From the NCBI GenBank assembly GCA_046086325.1, contig JBJSXJ010000233.1:2177-66176 (forward strand): a stretch of 64,000 bases of DNA. The letters run 5' to 3'. Position numbers and translations under genes: made by a program. Positions 48,888 to 56,500 of the stretch are shown here, one piece after another. The notes under the pieces were generated by a model. The model did no database searches. It was not told where the DNA came from and saw only the letters and a list, made by a program, of their open reading frames with translations. This DNA is from Planctomycetota bacterium (GTDB taxonomy: Bacteria > Planctomycetota > Planctomycetia > Pirellulales > Pirellulaceae). Every line of letters starts with the position of its first letter. The stretch's first letter is position 1.

Positions 48888-49898
48888 TCAAAACCATTCG
48901 GCCTTACGCACCACGTTGTTCAGCGGCTCGCCCGCCACAAAGCGGCGGATATTTTCCAGCAGCGTCTGGCGATGGCGAGTGGCAATGTGTACTGAACACG
49001 CTGCGACATGGGGAGTGATCAGGACGTTCGGCATTCGCCAGAGTTGATGCTGGTCGGGTAAGGGTTCCGTTTCAAAGACATCAAGCGCCGCACCAGCAAT
49101 TCGACCGGCTTGCAGCGCCGCGACTAAATCGTCCAGCTTCACAATCGCACCTCGACCAATATTGATCAGATAGCCAGTCGATTTCATCTGGGTCAATCGC
49201 TGCGCGTTGAAAAGCCCTGCCGTGGCGGGTGTGTGTGGTGCACAGATCACAACGTAGTCACTGCGACGGAGTAAATCATCGAGCTGATCGACGCCGCCGA
49301 GCAGCGTCACGCCGTCCGGCGGCTTGTTCACCACCGGATCAACCGCCAGCACTCGCAGCCCAAACGCTAAGGCCCGTCGAGCGACCTCTTGACCGATTTG
49401 TCCCAAGCCAACGATCCCCAGCGTGTCATCGCTGAGGTGTCGATGAGCTCGATCCATGCCGCTGACAAAACAGGGCCCCGCCGCAAACGTGGTGCGCTGG
49501 TTTTCACCACCGATCGGCGCCCACACTGCTTGTTGCTGCTGGCGAATATACAGATGCAGGTTGCGAGCAAAGCAGAGGATATAACCCAGAACATGATCGG
49601 CGATGACATCGGAGAACAGTCCGCGCATGTTCGTCAACGTGCAGGGATGCTCGACAAGCTCCGGAAAGATGTAATGTTCGAGACTCGCCGTTGCCGACTG
49701 CACCCAGCGCAGGCGTCGTGCTGCAGCCAGTAGCGGCGGCGTGATCTTGCCGAAGAACGCATCCGCTCCTTCGATCTCCACGAAAGCTTGCTGCTCGGTA
49801 TCACACGAGATGACTTGCAACTGGCCAGCAGCAGCCACTTCCTGCATCGCTCGCTGCCGTTCTTCCTCGACCGGCGGATAACAGATCAGTTTCAACAT
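48888..49898 (-). CDS. D-isomer-specific 2-hydroxyacid dehydrogenase family protein
   Basis: NAD motif LGIVGLGQIGQEVARRA, NIGRGAIV, and ALDVFETEPLP...ITPHVA. Confidence 0.8.
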   Translation of the reverse strand: MLKLICYPPVEEERQRAMQEVAAAGQLQVISCDTEQQAFVEIEGADAFFGKITPPLLAAARRLRWVQSATASLEHYIFPELVEHPCTLTNMRGLFSDVIADHVLGYILCFARNLHLYIRQQQQAVWAPIGGENQRTTFAAGPCFVSGMDRAHRHLSDDTLGIVGLGQIGQEVARRALAFGLRVLAVDPVVNKPPDGVTLLGGVDQLDDLLRRSDYVVICAPHTPATAGLFNAQRLTQMKSTGYLINIGRGAIVKLDDLVAALQAGRIAGAALDVFETEPLPDQHQLWRMPNVLITPHVAACSVHIATRHRQTLLENIRRFVAGEPLNNVVRKAEWF

Positions 49899-49910
49899 GC
49901 TCGTCTCCGG

Positions 49911-50453
49911 TTATGAGGGAACGGTAGGGGAAGCGGGAGAAGCGGGAGTCGGGGGAGAAGCAGGAGCCGTGGGCGTATTGGGAGTCGGGGTGGAGACTGG
50001 TCGTGGTACGTAGAACTCGAGCAGAGCCAGGAGTGGCTCGCGCCGGCCATTCCACGGCAACCAGCGACCACGCCAGGCGGCCAGCGGAGTGTCATCCCAA
50101 TCGGGAAGCAGCAAGGCCCCGTCGCGCAGCGGCCGCCAGCGAGCGATTTGCGACCACGCCACTCGACGACTCCCCCACCAAGTCGATTCCACAATGCCAG
50201 CCGGACCAATCTCATACCAGACGGGAAACCACTGTCGCCCACTCACCAGCAACAAGGCTGCCACGACGAAGATGGTCAGACCGCGACCGCTGCCCGCTCC
50301 GTCGACGGCCACCACGAGAATGGTTGAGACCAGTAGTTGCAGCAGCGTACGCCACGGAGCATCACGCGGGGCCCAAGCCGAATAGTGCAAATCTGCCGGC
50401 GCAACTCGTGGCTCCATGCGTGGCTCCATTGACCGTTCTATTCGCCGTTCCAT
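49911..50453 (-). CDS. hypothetical membrane protein, Pro/Thr-rich C-terminus
   Basis: Two hydrophobic helices (LLQLLVSTILVVAV and LTIFVVAALLLVSG). The start is uncertain because the 5' end lies in a 12-bp repeat array. Confidence 0.35.
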   Translation of the reverse strand: MERRIERSMEPRMEPRVAPADLHYSAWAPRDAPWRTLLQLLVSTILVVAVDGAGSGRGLTIFVVAALLLVSGRQWFPVWYEIGPAGIVESTWWGSRRVAWSQIARWRPLRDGALLLPDWDDTPLAAWRGRWLPWNGRREPLLALLEFYVPRPVSTPTPNTPTAPASPPTPASPASPTVPS

Positions 50454-50502
50454 TTACCGTTCCATTTACCGTTCCAGGCGCGGCTCCAGGCGCGGCTCAG
50501 TC
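50407..50502. repeat. degenerate 12-bp tandem repeat, 8 copies
   Basis: cgtggctccatg / cgtggctccatt / gaccgttctatt / cgccgttccatt / taccgttccatt / taccgttccagg / cgcggctccagg / cgcggctcagtc. Confidence 0.75.
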
Positions 50503-50970
50503 GGTTGTCCGCTGGTTAAAAAAGCGTCGATCGAGCCAGCTACCGACGAGCATGCCGATCGTCGCTCCCGTCGTATCGCACAGCCAATCATAGAAGTCAG
50601 CATAGCGATCGGGGATCAGCGCCTGCGTCAACTCATCCAGCACTCCATGCAGACTGAGCAGCCCGGCGGCCAACACCAACCAGCGTCCGGGGCGTCGACG
50701 TCCCGCAATAAAAACCAACCAGACCAGACCCGCCAGACCAAAATAGGCACAGCCATGAATGATTTTGTCCAGGTGCGGAATCGACCACGAAGGCTCAACC
50801 TTCTCACCCGTGAATTCTCCATACAACCAGGTGTAATACCAGACGCTGAGGATATTACCGGGCAGGTGAGTGCCGATGACCCAGACCAGCCAGTAACAAA
50901 ACAGCACCACGCCGGAAAGCCAGGGATGAAACCAGAGCCACACAGGGACGATTTTTTTTCGAAGTGACAT
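50497..50970 (-). CDS. VanZ-like family membrane protein
   Basis: DKIIHGCAYFGLAGL and DELTQALIPDRYADFYDWLCDTTGATIGMLVG match the VanZ-like pattern (DK..H...y..l and DE..Q.f.p.R......D...n..G...G). Confidence 0.7.
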   Translation of the reverse strand: MSLRKKIVPVWLWFHPWLSGVVLFCYWLVWVIGTHLPGNILSVWYYTWLYGEFTGEKVEPSWSIPHLDKIIHGCAYFGLAGLVWLVFIAGRRRPGRWLVLAAGLLSLHGVLDELTQALIPDRYADFYDWLCDTTGATIGMLVGSWLDRRFFNQRTTD

Positions 50971-51039
50971 ACGCTAGCATTGTCGCTGGTTATAAAGTTG
51001 AGCAACCTGAAACGCGATTCTACAGGAGCCGTGGCAACC

Positions 51040-51759
51040 ATGCGATTGACGAACTCAACCGGCGACACACGCTGGAGCAGACGAACCTTGATCAAGGCGA
51101 ATGTGGCGTTAGCAACCGGCCTGACCCTCGCCGGCCCGCTCGGTACCTTTTTGTCCGGCCTATTCCTGGATCATCCCGAGCGACAGTTGCAGGCCGCCGA
51201 CGCCGAGGAAGGCTGGCGACCTCTCTTCGATGGCAAGTCACTCACCAACTGGAAGCCCACTCGCTTTGGCGGTGACGGCGAGATTCATATTGAAAACGGC
51301 GAGCTGATTTTCGAACAAGGCTCGCCCCTGACTGGCCTCACCTGGACCAAGGAGTTTCCCAAACAGGATTTCGAGATCAGCCTGGAAGCCAAGCGCGTGG
51401 AGGGAAGTGATTTCTTTGTGGGGCTGACATTCCCGGTGCGCGATTCGCACGCCAGCTTTATCGTGGGTGGCTGGGCCGGTAGCGTTGTTGGCATCTCCTG
51501 CATCGACGGTCACGATGCCTCCGACAACAACACCACCAAAGTCATCAAATTCGATAACGGCAAATGGTACAAGTTCAAAGTACAGGTGCGTGCCGATCGG
51601 ATTAAGTGCTGGATCGATGGTGAAGCCATCATTGACGAAGACATCAAAGGCAAACGCATTCACACTCGTAATGAAGTCGATCCCTCTCGCCCCTTGGGGA
51701 TCGCCACCTTTGAAACCAAAGCCGCCCTCAAGAACTTTCAGTATCGGGTGGTCAAATAG
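51040..51759 (+). CDS. DUF1080 (3-keto-disaccharide hydrolase-like) domain protein with Tat-like signal
   Basis: [21 protein letters not shown] leader, then [15 protein letters not shown]...HIENGELIF...[10 protein letters not shown], typical of DUF1080. An alternative start lies at 50980. Confidence 0.75.
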   Translation: MRLTNSTGDTRWSRRTLIKANVALATGLTLAGPLGTFLSGLFLDHPERQLQAADAEEGWRPLFDGKSLTNWKPTRFGGDGEIHIENGELIFEQGSPLTGLTWTKEFPKQDFEISLEAKRVEGSDFFVGLTFPVRDSHASFIVGGWAGSVVGISCIDGHDASDNNTTKVIKFDNGKWYKFKVQVRADRIKCWIDGEAIIDEDIKGKRIHTRNEVDPSRPLGIATFETKAALKNFQYRVVK

Positions 51760-52268
51760 TGGATCGCAGCGATTGGGACGAGGAGTTTGAAGAACTGCCG
51801 CTGGCATCGCCGCATGAATACTACATGCGGCAAGCTCTGCGCGAGGCCGAAGCCGCTCAGGGCGAAAACGAAGTGCCGATCGGTGCCGTCATTGTGCGCG
51901 ATGGGCGAGTGATCGCAGCCGCTCATAACCAACGTGAACAGCTCCATGATCCGACCGCTCATGCTGAAATGGTCGCGATCACACAGGCCGCAGGTCAAAT
52001 CGGCGACTGGCGCTTGGAACGCTGCGCTCTGTACGTCACCCTGGAACCCTGCCCAATGTGTGCCGGAGCAATCTTGCAGGCGCGCATTCCCATCGTCGTG
52101 TTCGGCGCCACCGACCCCAAGGCCGGCGCCGTGCAATCACTCTATCAACTTCTCAACGATCCACGCCTCAATCATCGCTGTCACGTGATCGGCGGAGTAC
52201 TCGCCGATTCTTGCGGAGGCCTGCTCACCAGCTTCTTCCAAGCTCAACGCAAACTGGGGAAGAAATAG
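51759..52268 (+). CDS. tadA: tRNA adenosine(34) deaminase
   Basis: [15 protein letters not shown], and [12 protein letters not shown] zinc motifs. The GTG start overlaps the preceding TAG by 1 nt, and a later ATG (MRQALREAE) is also possible. Confidence 0.85.
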   Translation: MDRSDWDEEFEELPLASPHEYYMRQALREAEAAQGENEVPIGAVIVRDGRVIAAAHNQREQLHDPTAHAEMVAITQAAGQIGDWRLERCALYVTLEPCPMCAGAILQARIPIVVFGATDPKAGAVQSLYQLLNDPRLNHRCHVIGGVLADSCGGLLTSFFQAQRKLGKK

Positions 52269-52301
52269 GGTGAGTTACCACGGGAAACGTGGAAGGACCA
52301 A

Positions 52302-52337
52302 TAAAAAAAGGATTCGTTGTGGTCGACAACGAATCCT
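52302..52337 (-). terminator. rho-independent terminator of the DUF1559 gene (possibly bidirectional)
   Basis: 11-bp stem: aggattcgttg (52309-52319) pairs with caacgaatcct (52327-52337). The A7 run at 52303-52309 becomes a T-run after the stem on the minus strand. Confidence 0.7.
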
Positions 52338-52387
52338 TGGTGGTTGGATCTACGATGAAACTTGCGAGTTGCAAGTTCCGGTGCGGC

Positions 52388-53425
52388 TTACTCGTAATCG
52401 GCACTCTTGAGCGGAATGTAGCGGTACGGATCAACCGCCTTCTCGCTGTTAGGCGTGCACAGCTGCACGTAAACGCGATACTCAATCCCTTCTCGCAAGA
52501 ACGCGACGTGGCGATCGGCGAACACCGCGTTGACTCCGCCCGAGTGGTTACTCGAAGGACGCAGGAATTCTTCCGTCATTTGCGACCATTGATTTACCTG
52601 CTTCTTCATCTGATTGATCTTCATCGCTTGAGTCGTGGCGGTGGGATCAGGCAGGTTGGTGTCGGCAGCAAGGAGCGGTGGAGGAGTATCGCTACGATAG
52701 AGCCAGCAGAACAAGTTTGAACCGCCCGGGAAAGCCGGAGCCGAGCTGGCTTCGTACTTGTTATTGAGCGTACCGTTCGTCCAGTAAGCCGCCAGCAGCG
52801 ATTCCGAGTACATCAAGGTGTTGCTCATGCCGTCCTTGATGTTGGACAGCGTCACTTTACTGGGCATGATCACCGTGCCATTCCAATTCGCGGGAGCTGG
52901 CAAGGCGTTGACGAACAAACCGTTATCAGGCCCTTCCACGTAAGGATTGGTGAAGGTGTAAGGCGCACCGGCGGTGAGCGGCGTGGAGGCGGGATTCGCA
53001 CCGCTCGGCTTGTAACCACCGTTGGCCACATACGAATTGTGCGGGAAGTTCGAATCCGGTGCCGAGTTGCTGGGGCAACGCATGGTCGCGATGTAAGGAG
53101 CCAACCGAGGGTCGGTGAGTGACACCGAGGATTCGTTCCAGAGGTCATAGAGCGGCTGCTGATCCATTTCAGCCAAAAGCGGCACGAACCAAGATGCCTC
53201 TTTGCCACCCACCACTTCTCGATAACCCGGCAGGCGCTGCCGATTCGTTTCCCACGTGAGCGTGCCGACCGCCAGCTGCGAGAGCTGATTGGCACACTTG
53301 ATGCGCCGAGCCGCCTCGCGTGCAGCTTGCACGGCGGGCATCAGCAAGCCCATCAAAATGCCAATAATGGCAATGACCACGAGTAATTCCACCAGGGTGA
53401 AACCTGGACGACGACGATCTGACAT
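52388..53425 (-). CDS. DUF1559 domain protein with prepilin-type N-terminal cleavage/methylation domain
   Basis: [47 protein letters not shown] is the canonical planctomycetal DUF1559 N-terminus. The C-terminal region has [14 protein letters not shown]. Confidence 0.85.
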   Translation of the reverse strand: MSDRRRPGFTLVELLVVIAIIGILMGLLMPAVQAAREAARRIKCANQLSQLAVGTLTWETNRQRLPGYREVVGGKEASWFVPLLAEMDQQPLYDLWNESSVSLTDPRLAPYIATMRCPSNSAPDSNFPHNSYVANGGYKPSGANPASTPLTAGAPYTFTNPYVEGPDNGLFVNALPAPANWNGTVIMPSKVTLSNIKDGMSNTLMYSESLLAAYWTNGTLNNKYEASSAPAFPGGSNLFCWLYRSDTPPPLLAADTNLPDPTATTQAMKINQMKKQVNQWSQMTEEFLRPSSNHSGGVNAVFADRHVAFLREGIEYRVYVQLCTPNSEKAVDPYRYIPLKSADYE

Positions 53426-53650
53426 GGGATGCCTCCTCTGCCCTGAGTGGATGAAAGAATGAAGTTAGGACTTGCTTGACAAGACTTCTTTAACAGGACT
53501 TGCTTAACAATGAAAAGCGACTACTGTTTCCCGAGCCCGGACGAATAGCCTGTAGCGGCTGAGGATAAGCTTAGTCTGATTGTGTCAAAATAACGATAGC
53601 GAGTCTAGTTTTCGTCTGTTTTTTCCCGGCACGGTTAATCTCTCCCACGG

Positions 53651-54418
53651 ATGCCGGACAACTTCCCAAATCACCCCGTGCAGGCTTCTATGATCGATCC
53701 ACCTCTGACCTTGGATAAAGATCTTCCGGTGGATCCACCATCATCTCCCCTGGGACTCCTGCTGAGCGGCGGCCTCGATAGCGCCATTCTACTAGCTGTC
53801 CTCCTGGAAGAGGGGCGAACTGTGTTTCCCATTTTCATTCGCGGCGGATTGCTATGGGAGAATGAGGAGCGGCGGGCAGTCGAGCAGTTTTGGGAGTCGC
53901 AGCGTGAGCGGCATGGCGAACGGTTGCGGCCCGTGGTCGAATTGCAGCAGCCAGTACGCGACCTCTACGGGGACCACTGGAGCACCACCGGCCAAGGTAT
54001 TCCCGGAACCGAATCGCCCGACGAAGCCGTTTTTCTACCGGGTCGCAATGCCCTGCTCCTCGTCAAAGCCATCCTCTGGTGCCAACTGCATCAAGTCCCC
54101 GAACTGGCACTCGCCCCACTCGCCTCCAATCCCTTCGGAGACGCCAGTGACGCCTTTTTCGCCGACTTCGAACGGGCCATGACCCAAGCGATGATGAAGC
54201 CGATACGCATTTCGCGTCCGTTTGCACAGTTGAAAAAGCCAGCAGTCATGAAGCTGGGAGCTCATTTACCGCTCGAGCTCTCCTTTTCGTGCATCGCGCC
54301 CCGCGCGGGAAACCACTGCGGAGCGTGTAATAAGTGCGAGGAGCGGCGAGTGGCTTTCCGCGCTGCAGGACTCGAAGATCGAACGGTCTACGCGGAGCGA
54401 CGTGGGGTCACGGGGTGA
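53651..54418 (+). CDS. queC: 7-cyano-7-deazaguanine synthase
   Basis: PP-loop LLLSGGLDSA and C-terminal Zn-Cys cluster SCIAP...CGACNKCEERRVAF. Confidence 0.8.
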   Translation: MPDNFPNHPVQASMIDPPLTLDKDLPVDPPSSPLGLLLSGGLDSAILLAVLLEEGRTVFPIFIRGGLLWENEERRAVEQFWESQRERHGERLRPVVELQQPVRDLYGDHWSTTGQGIPGTESPDEAVFLPGRNALLLVKAILWCQLHQVPELALAPLASNPFGDASDAFFADFERAMTQAMMKPIRISRPFAQLKKPAVMKLGAHLPLELSFSCIAPRAGNHCGACNKCEERRVAFRAAGLEDRTVYAERRGVTG

Positions 54419-54474
54419 GAATTTTGCGGCAGATACAACAACCTAAACCGGGCAATTTACCCGGACTATGAGGA

Positions 54475-54882
54475 TTGTCCATGTTTCGGATCGAACGACA
54501 ATTTGATTTCTGCTACGGTCACCGCCTGCTGAACTACGACGGCAAGTGCCGCTTTCTGCACGGGCATAATGGCCGCGCTGTAATTACCCTCGAATCACCC
54601 GATTTGGATCATCGCGGCATGCTGATTGACTTCTCGGACGTCAAGCGCATTGTCGGCAAGTGGCTCGATGATACCCTCGATCATCGCATGATTCTGCATC
54701 GAGACGATCCAGCTGCGGAGTACCTGCAGAAGATGGGGGAGCCGTTATGTCTGGTGGATTACAATCCGACTGCGGAAAACATCGCCAAGCTGATATTCGA
54801 CTTCACTCACCAAGCTGGGTTTCCTATCATCGCGGCCCAACTTTGGGAAACTCCCAATTGTTCCGCGACCTATCGACCTTAA
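54475..54882 (+). CDS. queD: 6-carboxy-5,6,7,8-tetrahydropterin synthase
   Basis: FDFCYGHRL...GKCRFLHGHN...DH (PTPS-family Zn/His motifs). 135 aa. Adjacent to queC. Confidence 0.85.
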   Translation: MSMFRIERQFDFCYGHRLLNYDGKCRFLHGHNGRAVITLESPDLDHRGMLIDFSDVKRIVGKWLDDTLDHRMILHRDDPAAEYLQKMGEPLCLVDYNPTAENIAKLIFDFTHQAGFPIIAAQLWETPNCSATYRP

Positions 54883-54958
54883 AGGGAAATCCGAGCTGCA
54901 GTCTGTGTTGAATGTTTGTCGCACGACCGCGCCGTTGTGTGCTGCTAGCGGCATGCGC

Positions 54959-54998
54959 AAAAAAAAAGCCCGGGCGACCTCGATTCAGGTCGCTCCGG
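54959..54998 (-). terminator. orphan minus-strand terminator-like hairpin
   Basis: ccgggcgacc (54970-54979) pairs with ggtcgc(t)ccgg (54988-54998). The A9 run at 54959-54967 becomes a T9 run immediately after the stem on the minus strand. No annotated minus-strand gene lies upstream of it. Confidence 0.45.
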
Positions 54999-55207
54999 AC
55001 TCGGTCCCCCCCGGGATACGTTCACCAGGGCTGGTGATGTGTTGGATAGAAGAGTTATCGGTTGAGTAGGCAGCGCAGCTTTGGCAAAGTTTTATTTCAG
55101 GGAAAGAAATCGCAATCAGGTCGCCCAATAAAGACTGAACAAGGTGTAGCGATCAGGTCGATTCTATCGCTAGGCCGTCACACCAATTCGTTGCACTGCG
55201 AGAAAGG

Positions 55208-55687
55208 ATGCTCACGGTGTCTCACGCCGATCATCACGCGTCTGAATCCCAACCGTCTTCACCCGCTGGCTCGTCCACCGAGACTCGCTGCCCGTCGCTG
55301 CTGTCGATCATCAGCGGTTTGGGGTGGCCCGTGTTTCTGGGATTGGGAGCGACCACTCTGTTCTTTGTCCTGATTCATCGCGGCCCACTGAATCATCCGC
55401 TGATGCATCGCTATTTTGCGTCGCATCCGGTGACCTACTGCGAAACCGCGCTGTTCTTCATCGGCATGGCTGCGCTGATCTTGAAGCTGACCGAGGTGGC
55501 GGGCCAGTACTGGGCGTTTGGCGGAGTGTCCTTGCGGCCGGTAAAAACCGGTGGCGATGCGCTCAGCGACTGCCCGCAACTGCTCGCCGATCTGAACGAA
55601 CTACCTACGGGCGTACGACGCTCACACCTCGCTCGACGACTCGGCGATGCACTCGAAATGGTGCGCCGAACTGGCTCGGCTGAATAG
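55208..55687 (+). CDS. membrane protein; apparent N-terminal part (TM1-TM2 plus loop) of a MotA/ExbB-like protein, ending at an in-frame TAG
   Basis: Hydrophobic segments LLSIISGLGWPVFLGLGATTLFFVLI and YCETALFFIGMAALILKL. The TAG at 55685-55687 is in the same frame as the next ORF. Confidence 0.55.
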   Translation: MLTVSHADHHASESQPSSPAGSSTETRCPSLLSIISGLGWPVFLGLGATTLFFVLIHRGPLNHPLMHRYFASHPVTYCETALFFIGMAALILKLTEVAGQYWAFGGVSLRPVKTGGDALSDCPQLLADLNELPTGVRRSHLARRLGDALEMVRRTGSAE

Positions 55688-56500
55688 TTGGCCGACGAGC
55701 TGAAATATCTGGCGGATGTCGAAGCGGCCGCTCAGCAGGAAAGCTATTCGCTCGTGCGCATCGTCATCTGGGCGACGCCGATGCTCGGTTTCCTCGGCAC
55801 CGTGATGGGCATCACCGAAGCTCTGGGCGACTTAAGTAAAAACGCCGAGCTGCTCGCGACATCCATCGACACCGCCATTCAAGGTTTGCTCGGAGGTTTG
55901 TACGTCGCGTTCGACACCACCGCCCTCGCGCTCACCCTCTCCATGCTGCTGATGTTCATTCAGTTTGTGATTGACCGCGTGGAGCAGCAGTTGCTGTCAT
56001 CGGTTGATCGAGCGGCAAATGAACAGTTGATGGGGCGGTTTCCTGGGCTGGTCACCAGCAGTGATCCGCAGGTGGCGATGGTGGAGCGGCTGCTTCAAGT
56101 GCTCAGTCGCGGCGCCGAACAATTATCACAGCGACAAGCCGAAATCTGGCAGGCATCGCTCGTCAAAGCCGAACAGCAGTGGCAGTCGATGTTCCGCGTC
56201 GCCAGCGAACAGATGACGGCGAACTTAACGACGCATCATGATCAATGGGAACGATCCTGCAATGTACTGACCCGAGCGCTGCAGGCATCGAGCGACGTGA
56301 CTGGTTTGGAACAAGCACTGAATTCCAACCTCGCCGCGCTCGCCAGCACGAAGAATTTCGAGGATATGGTGATGAGCTTGACCGCTGCCATCCACCTCCT
56401 CACCACTCGACTGTCGAATACTCCCGAAACCATTGCGTTGACTGACCGCTCACGATTAACGGCCGACGAACTTCGAGTGCTTCGAGGCAAGGCTGCATGA
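55688..56500 (+). CDS. MotA/TolQ/ExbB proton-channel domain protein with a helical C-terminal tail of about 165 aa
   Basis: IVIWATPMLGFLGTVMGITEALG...AIQGLLGGLYVAFDTTALALTLSMLLMFIQFVI matches the MotA_ExbB channel pattern (a.lLGLLGTV.Gmi.aF...gi..AL.tT..GL...ip). The only start at the ORF boundary is TTG at 55688. Confidence 0.7.
   Translation: MADELKYLADVEAAAQQESYSLVRIVIWATPMLGFLGTVMGITEALGDLSKNAELLATSIDTAIQGLLGGLYVAFDTTALALTLSMLLMFIQFVIDRVEQQLLSSVDRAANEQLMGRFPGLVTSSDPQVAMVERLLQVLSRGAEQLSQRQAEIWQASLVKAEQQWQSMFRVASEQMTANLTTHHDQWERSCNVLTRALQASSDVTGLEQALNSNLAALASTKNFEDMVMSLTAAIHLLTTRLSNTPETIALTDRSRLTADELRVLRGKAA

Noticed and set aside
53044-53065. A GTTCGAATCC string typical of a tRNA T-loop.
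   Set aside because: The flanking bases (ggaag / ccggt) cannot form a T-stem, and the string lies inside the well-supported DUF1559 CDS.
53511-53650. An expected preQ1 riboswitch upstream of queC.
   Set aside because: I could not find the short P1 stem plus A-rich tail plus CUA pattern of preQ1-I, or anything resembling preQ1-II/III. This has not been verified computationally.
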